From NCBI GenBank assembly GCA_040954595.2, contig CM082577.2:9697846-9761845 (forward strand): a stretch of DNA of 64,000 nt, written 5' to 3'. Source of the stretch: Balanoglossus misakiensis (lineage: Eukaryota > Animalia > Hemichordata). Made by a program: the position numbers and the translations under genes. Within the stretch, counting starts at the first letter, position 1, and each line of letters opens with the position of its first letter. This document shows, piece after piece, positions 52,201 through 61,200 of this stretch. The notes under the pieces were generated by a model. That model was not told the DNA's origin and ran no database searches. It saw only the letters and a list, made by a program, of their open reading frames with translations.

Positions 52201-55200
52201 CACAGACAGAGACAGACAGACATTGTATTTTCCCCTTCTCCAGCATCCAAGAAACGAGCGATATTAATTAAAACAGGTTTCTGGGTCACATGTCAAATTC
52301 CCCAGACACAGCAAACGATTCTCCTCAAGTGGATTCAATGGGGAAAATTGACCATAGAATAGAATAGGTACATGTACATGAAGGATTTTCATTGAGTGTT
52401 GCTTTCGCAGTCACATACAGTATATGTACATGATTACCATGCTTGTAAGGTTTCAACCAGCAAATGGCTCTAAACCTCGACATTGAGCGTAACATCTCAA
52501 GATGAAGTGAATTTCACTAAATATCGTTATAATTTAACCTGGAAATGGGACAGACCTGTCTAATTTGAAGATTCAACCAATTGATAAGAATTTACATTTG
52601 TTCCCAATGTGAGTGCGAGAAAATACCACGGTCGACAGTACAGCAAGTTTCACCAAAACTCAGACATCAACGCTTGCACTCAACTCACGTCCGTGACTGC
52701 TGCGACCTCTCTTCCCACTCAAATATCAAATGATTGACCTGCGAGAACCCCGAAATACATCAAGCTTCACTTTTCCGGTTGGCACGGAATCAAGTCATTT
52801 TTCTTTCAGACTGCGGGGCATGCACTCCTTGTTGGACTGAGACCAAGTGGACTTCCTGTTGGCACATGCGAGTCCATTTAATACAATCGCGGTGATTTCA
52901 GGAGAGTGCTGTTTAAGGAAACTGCATTTACGTGTTAAACTACCCTCTCTCTGAAACAGCGAACACAGGCAAAATTCACGCTGGTTTCAGCCAGAATTGA
53001 GCCGGTAAACTTTTACAAACTTTGCCGCAATTCAATTCACGTCGACTTCCGGCAGAGACGAGATACCAGACGGTCATCTCCGTAATTTCACACAGCTGAT
53101 TTTTGCGGTATTATTATTTATTACCGGAGCAGTCAACTTCCTGCGTTGCATCCTTGCATTCAATCACTTCTCCTTTTTTTTGTAAGGGAAACGTCGCGAA
53201 GCAGCTGTTCACGTGTTGACAGTCTGGTATCTCATGTTGTCATGTGATTTGAAATTCACAGCACGATGGATGGTTGAGGTTAAGGACCGTCCCCACAGCA
53301 GCCAGCTGGCAAGTTGTATCAACTTTGATTGTATCTTCTTGAGTCAGGCATCACATGAGTGATGAATTTGCAAACACATCATGCGTAGGAATCAATGCTG
53401 CTCTAACTTGGAATGCTGCTTAAATTAATATTGATGATGGGGCTTGAAACAAGAAATGGATAACCAAGCAATATTATTCTCAAATAATTTAGGACATTTT
53501 ACTTTCAAAGCAAATATTTCCTTACAATGTACAACAAAATTTCATCAAATATTCTCCTTCCCCAAACTATTCTGCCAGTAAATTCACAGACCCATGCGTG
53601 TGTGCAATGTACATGTAGCTAGCCAAAGTTATCAATCTTACACAATAAACAATATTTCAATAGGGAATGTTAAACAACAATACACAGTCAGGTCTGCAAA
53701 ACCTACATATCCACTATCACTGAGTTTTCTGTTTTCCAACACCAGAAACCCTCCAAGTGTAAGTAATGCCATGATGAATTTGCTTTGTGATTCAGACGGC
53801 GGCCATTGTTGCCAAAATCGTACTTCCCAGTCCGTCGGTGAATAGACAGCCGGGCCAGTCAGAAGTCCCGTGAAGGGGATTATAATTTTTTTTTATCTTC
53901 AGGGGACTTTCAAGGACAAAGTGGACTAATCCCATTGGATAACAGAGGGCCCACAGTTTGGGGTTGGTTTTTTTTATTCGCTCTGTATGACTGCACTCTG
54001 GGCTAAGTTAACCGCGGCAGTTTTTGATTTAAATCCCACTTGTGAAGGGGTCAGCGGTCCCACGCATCCCCAGTGGGTGTCTGTGTTCCTGCTCTGTGTG
54101 AGCATCACGTAACAGGCAAATGACCTGGTCGGGTGGCCAATCTGCCACAACAGAGGGGATATACATGTAACAGTCCAGTGTCTGGCTAAGGATGGATGTA
54201 GTCAGGGCACCAGCTTCTTTGAGTCATCAGGTTATTCCCCAGGTCACTGTTGACAATTACAAATACACGATCATGTATCCTACATGTACATGTATCCAAA
54301 GATACAAAATTTGACAGTCATTTACAGGGAGTCTAGGCACCTTATCCAATATATTGTAATTGTTAATATACAGCATGATGCCCAAAAATCTTGATCCAGT
54401 TTTTGTTCCAGGGGGTGACACACCCCCTCGATTCTACTATGGCCACCCTGAGCCAGAACCCCAACTTCTTCAGAAAGAGCAACAGGACAAACCTTGAGGC
54501 CACTGCCTGCTTACTTAAGACATGGCAACAAGTGTCTAAACACCGGGTTTGTTTGGACTCAAGACAGTCAATAAACAGCGGTCCCTCAGGTGAAGTCACA
54601 CACAATAACACACACTTCTCCACAAGGCCGGTTATAAAAAAACTCAATATTTTCGGTCCTGGCCAGTCGTTAATAAAAGCCGATTTGATAGGCCATCAAG
54701 CACACACCATGCCGACAATATGGTCCTCTGCCGGTTATAAATAGCTCTGTGTCACAAAAGGAACTACCTGCGAGTCAGCACTTTCAAGTCGAGCTTGAGT
54801 AAATTTGCTTTGAAAATGGCTCCCTTAACCTGCACAGTCACGCGCAACCGAAGAGGGCTTTTTTTCTTCGCAGACTCGGGTAAATTAGATTTAAGAAAAA
54901 CAGACACTCTCCTGAATTTTCACTGCAACAGATTAATATCCATCAGCTTTATTTGATCAACCTGGATATTTTATCGCCTGGTTATATTATGCAAAGCAGA
55001 CTGGCTGCGTGCAGAATTGAAAGTACCTAAGAGGAACTCGACCGTGCGCAAATTAACTGCCCTGACGAAAAAATATTAGCTCTACAAATGTCAGGAACAC
55101 AGAGCTTTAACAGGGACATCTTTTACCTGCGTGTGCTAACAGGTTGGCGCACACGCACACGCACACGACAAATAGGGGAACTGCTGACACAGATTTCATT

Positions 55201-58200
55201 CAAGTAATTACACTGTATGGCCTATTACAATCTTAAAGCAAATACCCACAGACACACACAAACATCAGTATGGACTAAAGCAGCTACATGTAGTGTAGAA
55301 CAGCATTAGTCACTGCTGACGGAGAAAGTGATCTCTTGTGAGAAGGCTGTGTTCTTTATGTGCGTTCGTAGACAATCAGAGTCGAACCGCTCTCACTTGC
55401 GTGTTCGAGATACTACTGATAAACAGCTGTACCTGTACTGTATATTTCATATGCCAGAGGCGTTCAGCGAGCTTTCCTCAATGGCTGGCCAGCTATAGCT
55501 TTATACACCCAGTACTCTATCTACAATTGTACTACAGCCTATATGTACTGGAAACCAAAACACCCCTGCCAATGATCCAATCTGTACCTCACTGCCCTTA
55601 AAAGTGGGTAAAATATTTACACAATTAGATTTGCTATTTAGAAATGATTGGGAAACACAGGGGAATTTGTTTTCAAGGACACCCCACTTTTCGAAATGCC
55701 ATTTGGGTGAACAGGATACGTGTGCACGTATTAATACATTGGCCACCCAATCTGACGAGTTCCATACGTTATTAGTTTCACAAATAAAATTCTTTAGTTT
55801 TCCCAAGAAAATAGAGAACGATTCCTTGGACTACATCAGCCATCACAGAGCCTACACTGGGGAGAAACGAGGTGAAAGGCTTATATAAATATTTCTGTGG
55901 AAGGCAAAATTGTCTCGCTGTAACAGTGTTGGGGTCTATCGTGTATGGACAGAAAATACACACCACTAGACATTGGGCTTAAAATGTTCGAAAGATTCTT
56001 TGTATTGTACTAAAGTACAATTTTCGAGGGTTTTCGATTGACACATCTTCAGCTCTAATTAAACCAACTCTATTTTTCTGGATGCCGTCGACCGTAGTGC
56101 ATTTGTTTTTAGGGAACATCTAACTGTGATGTGACATCTCACAATGAGTGATTCATTAACAAACAACTTCATCCTGCTTCAAGATGCACGTCAAGAAAAA
56201 ACACATCTTCTGAAAATCCCCCGCGGTGCAAAACATTGATAGAAAACGCTTTCATCCCACAATGTATGATTCTCAGACTGATAGTGATATGAGTATTTTC
56301 ACTCCTGTTTCATCTACATTGTTCTCAGCGCCTGATTGTGACTGAGACAGAATCTTATGACAATCTCCCTCATCCCTACGGGCTCAAGATTTTGATCTTC
56401 AGGCCATGTATTTGATAAAGATTCCTGTAGCGCTGTCTGGCACCCATTGCATAACGACAAGCGTCCAACACTCATTTTTTTGTCAGTTTCCCTCGATAAA
56501 ACCTGCATTTCAAAAGTGAATCTTTTTTTCTACTCAATTTCTTACATTGTAACACCTTTTCACATTCTACTGAAGTAGTCAAAATGTCGAGTATCAGTGA
56601 TCGTTTCTATATTGTGCAGATGATAAAGGTTTTCACGGCCAATGAACAAGAACAAACCCAGATTAATAATAGATCAGAAAGGCTAACAGCCAGGGAGAGT
56701 TTCATCCTCAGGGAAGCAACACGTGATTTTTATCACTTCGTATTCTACTTTTCAGTGCACCAGGAATAAGATCCTATAATTGAAATAGCAAAGGAAGAAA
56801 AATGCTAGAATAGAAATAATGAAGGGAGAAAAATGCTAGAAATGATTTGAAAAGCCTGAACAAGATATTTTCTTTAATAATAATCTGTCGGACTGAATGC
56901 AAGAATGTTTAATCAGCAGATGACAAAAATATCTGATTTTCTTTGTACGTGAACACAACTGTACATTCAAAAATTACTCTCTGTACTTTGTATCAAACAT
57001 GACAATCGACTGCATGTAGGTTTTTCTGAATCTGACTCGGAAAGTGAACTTAAATTTTCATTTGTGAGAAGGTCATATTTCCACAAATTACATGAATAAT
57101 TCATCATGTGTGTCAGTTACTCTAATCAACAAACAGTCTTTGGTCTCAAATGTTGGAGGATAAATTCAGTCTGCAGTGTAAATTACCAAGAAACCTATAA
57201 ATTTCATTCTGGTGACTGTCTATCTGTCACAACTGCATCAGGGCCTACAAGTCAACCAGAACATGCATATTCAACGCACTGACACAGAAAAAGTCACTAA
57301 AACAGTGCATACATGTATATGTACATGCAGTTAGTTTGTCCCCAAATTATGCGTGACTGCCCTGCGTCCAACGCTTACAGAAAACAATTTTCTCCAGACA
57401 ACCTAGTCACAAGTTTTTCTTTGTGACTGCGATCCAAAATGTTTAAAACACAAGGCATGGGGTCAGAGAAATCTGCATGATGTACATGTACATTGTATTT
57501 GTTTATCTAAAAAAAATTTCTTCCCTGCAGTCAGACTTTCTGTTTGTTTCTAAGTGATGACTCATACTTTCAAGATGATTGATTCTGGGAGATCGTGTTC
57601 TCCAAGACGGCCCTTAGAGCTAGGTTGGTTCTGGAATTTATATCGTTTCTAAATATTTTATTACAATCACGCATGCACAACTTATTTCCATCAGTTCAAA
57701 ATATTTTATTACATGTTAGATTGTCACCAAATCAAAATAAGTGGGAGGACACAAAACCAATAACCCCATGGCTCATATTTGAGTGTGAAGTACTGATGCA
57801 CTGTGTCAATAAAATGATGTGCCACTGTCAACGATTTACCAATGTGACTTTTTCGTTTCATGAAAAAGTGTCCTCCTCCCACATTATTTGCAACATTTTC
57901 AGATGAAAAAATATTTAGAAAAATATTGAAAAATGTTTCAGATGAAACATCTTTAGAAAAATCACTATTATTATACACATTTATCAGAGAAATCAAATTT
58001 GTTTATCTTGTTCCTCCTGATTACAATTTGTGATGCTTGCCACTAAGCTTCCTCTCTGGACTGTTTTTAGAAGTCTGTTTATTTTGACAGTGTCAGATTG
58101 TCCAGCTTGAAAGGCCCTGGTATAATGGAACCTCTCACAACCAATAAAAAGACAATGGTCTGATTTACAGAGTGTATTGTAAGGTCACCCATTCCAGCTG

Positions 58201-61200
58201 ACCTCTCTTTACCCTTGAACTTCAAAAGTGTTCCAGTTGCATTCGGCAATCAACAGCTGTAACCATGGCAACCGCTGATAAAATGCTGACGAATCATGGG
58301 CAAAGAATCTCGCTCACCCCAAAGTTGGGTTTTAAAAATCGTATGCTCTGACGTCAACTGCGCAGCCCTCAAGAATATTTTTTTTTTCAAATTATGGTTC
58401 AACCCTCCGCAGGTTATGTGTTTTTGATATGATGAGGGAAGCACCAACGCGCAAACACATCAGTCTCCATTTTGATTTCAAATGATAAATTTCTGTTTAA
58501 TAGAACGAACTGGCGGTCTCGTGTGACACTCTCTCGCTGGGTGAGAGAAATGTTTCCTCAGTGATGGTTTCTCACGCACCCGCACCGGGAGAGTGAAGGG
58601 TGTTTCCAGTCGTAAAAACTTGATACCCGAAGGAAAGCAACTCGAGCCAGGGAACGGGTGGTATGCAGACTGACACATTCAGAGGGGGCGTGACACATCC
58701 ATCTGGCCTGTTGTGGTGTGTACTGTAAAACGGGTTATTTTCGCGAGCAATAAATGTTCGCGAAATACGCGAGAGTAAAAAAAACATGAAAATAAAAAGT
58801 TGTGTACTTTTTTCCCAGAGATACAGATGGAGAGAAATACGAGAATGCGAAAATTAATCCTCGCGTAACCGTTGCCTATTTTGATGTCGCGTAAAAATAA
58901 CCCGTTTTACAGTATTCATTAATGGTATCAAATGCACTGGTACTTCTCATTGACGCGTGTGTGCGTGGAGTCTTCTCACTGACTCTCATCCATTCACAAG
59001 GCCGGTCAACGACACCGGCCGCCAACTCGATCTCCTCAGAAGCCAAATAATAAAGAATTTCCAAGAAAAGGAATCCACTACTAGGGGGTGTGCAGAGCAA
59101 TTCACCTAATGCCTGAAAAGAGGAGCCATCTTGCTCTATAATTGTGACAGAAAATTACAACGAGCACGGCGACCATTTTGCGGATCACGGGACGCCTCGT
59201 CTGAAAACACACATGTTGAATGTTCTCAGCGCGATCGAATAAATCAAACCACCTCAGCAACAGGGTGTATCTGAACTGAAGGCCACATTAGTCTCTGAAA
59301 GCTCCTCTAGCTGTCTCATTTTTTTGCATTTCGCTACATCCAAAATAAGTGTACACTCCAATCTTCAGAGATATGTTTTGGATTTCTGTCTATACACAAA
59401 ATTACATGCACCTTTGAAAATGTTATTTCCACCCTTGGCGATGGAGTGGGTCGATCAAATACGACCTACATGCCATAAATTTTTACTTACTAGTCAAAAT
59501 CTGAGTCGTGCGTTCATTGCCAACATTTGAAAACATACCTGTGGCCACACTGCAGCAAAGCATTTGTACATAAGCTGATTTTGATTTCACAATCATTGTG
59601 TCAGGGGAAAAAACCTAAAAGGTAGAGCTAATGGGGCTTTAAAACAGCCAGGGTCACTCTCTCCACCCATCTTCCAAAAACACACAAATGACTATCAAAG
59701 ACCGATGACAACAATACCTTAATTTCTATTGTAAAAATTGTATCACAGTGTGCTTTGTAAAGGCAACAGGAGCTGATGGATTGTCTTTGTCGGAAGGGGG
59801 GAATTGAGTCGGACAATCCGACCAAAAACGTCATCCTGCCTTTATAACTTTCTCTCTGATCGACACCTCAACAAGACTGATCCTGGAGAGAAACTTTAAA
59901 CTCATTAGACCAGAATCCATGCTGTGCATCTATGGCTCCAGTCAGAGAAGACACAAAGCACACGCAGAAATCTAGACACAACCAAATTTTACACTGCACG
60001 TCATTTCAAATCCACACCGTCTTCCCCAATGGAAGTAGTACTCTGGGTATAATCAACAATTCATCACTTCATTCATCAAGCCTTTTAGGTTTCACACAAA
60101 TTTTAATCTGCCTGATGACTGCATTAATAATTAAAGCGTCAATATCATTTCAATTCAGCCAGGGACAGTATCACCAACAATAACAATCAGTTTTATTAAT
60201 AATTAATATGCCACTATCATTTAAATTAAGCCATTTACAGTAGATGTATAATGATAATGGCGGTCAGTTTTTTATTACCACTATCTAGATGTTTGTTTAC
60301 CATTAACATTTTTTAATAAGACTGACACCACATCCTTGAAGATAATTATAAATATCACCACTTTAAAAAAGGCCATTTCTCCTGATTGATTTATTTGTGA
60401 TACACGACAGTAAAGAAACATGTCCCATTGCCAGGTCAACTAAACAATCCTGTGAAGACAGTACTAAAAGTGGACTGAGGCCCTTGTAATGTTTTCATCC
60501 ACCAACTTGGCATGAGATGTTGTGCTCAGGTTGGCACTTTGAACACTCTCCAAAATCCCACCAGAACATGATGTGTATAATCACTGACTGAGATGGTTAT
60601 ACCAGTAAAGTGTATACAGGTATTACTGAACTGCACTGACTTGGCAGGATAATGGCCCTTGAATACCAGCTCCAAGGCACCACAAAAACCAATGCATGTT
60701 CCACTGACCATGGCTTGAAACTTCATCTGCCCAAAACAATTCACAGAACAGCAATACATGGAACTGACTGTACTGATGATCCAAACAACAGCCAAGCTCG
60801 ACGACTCATGAAATTACTGGGTCATTGTATAATATGCAGGAGAGAGTTCCACATTTGCTTTAATTAAACGCCAATGTCACCTGATTTGCATATAACAGCA
60901 TCTTGCTGGTTGACAAACTGTTTGACTAATTCCTGTGTCATCCATGCTAAATATAAACATTCAATCACCACGAGATGATCCGAAACTCACACAGACAATC
61001 CATTACAGTAGGAGGTGACCCAGTAAATCTCTGGCAGAGGAAACTCTGTTGTATCAGTCTTTCTAGCAAGTAACAACCGGGCTCCATTTTTTTAATGGCT
61101 TTTTATTTCAGGTTGACTGACTAATCCTAGACTATGACCGAGCTATTGTTGTCAGGCGTATGCTGGGGCACTTGACGCGAACAAAGCAAACAGTGCCAAT

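Noticed and set aside
56790-57960. Short AT-rich local duplications (about 56790-56845, 57890-57960) and scattered homopolymers/microsatellites
   Set aside because: Ordinary slippage products
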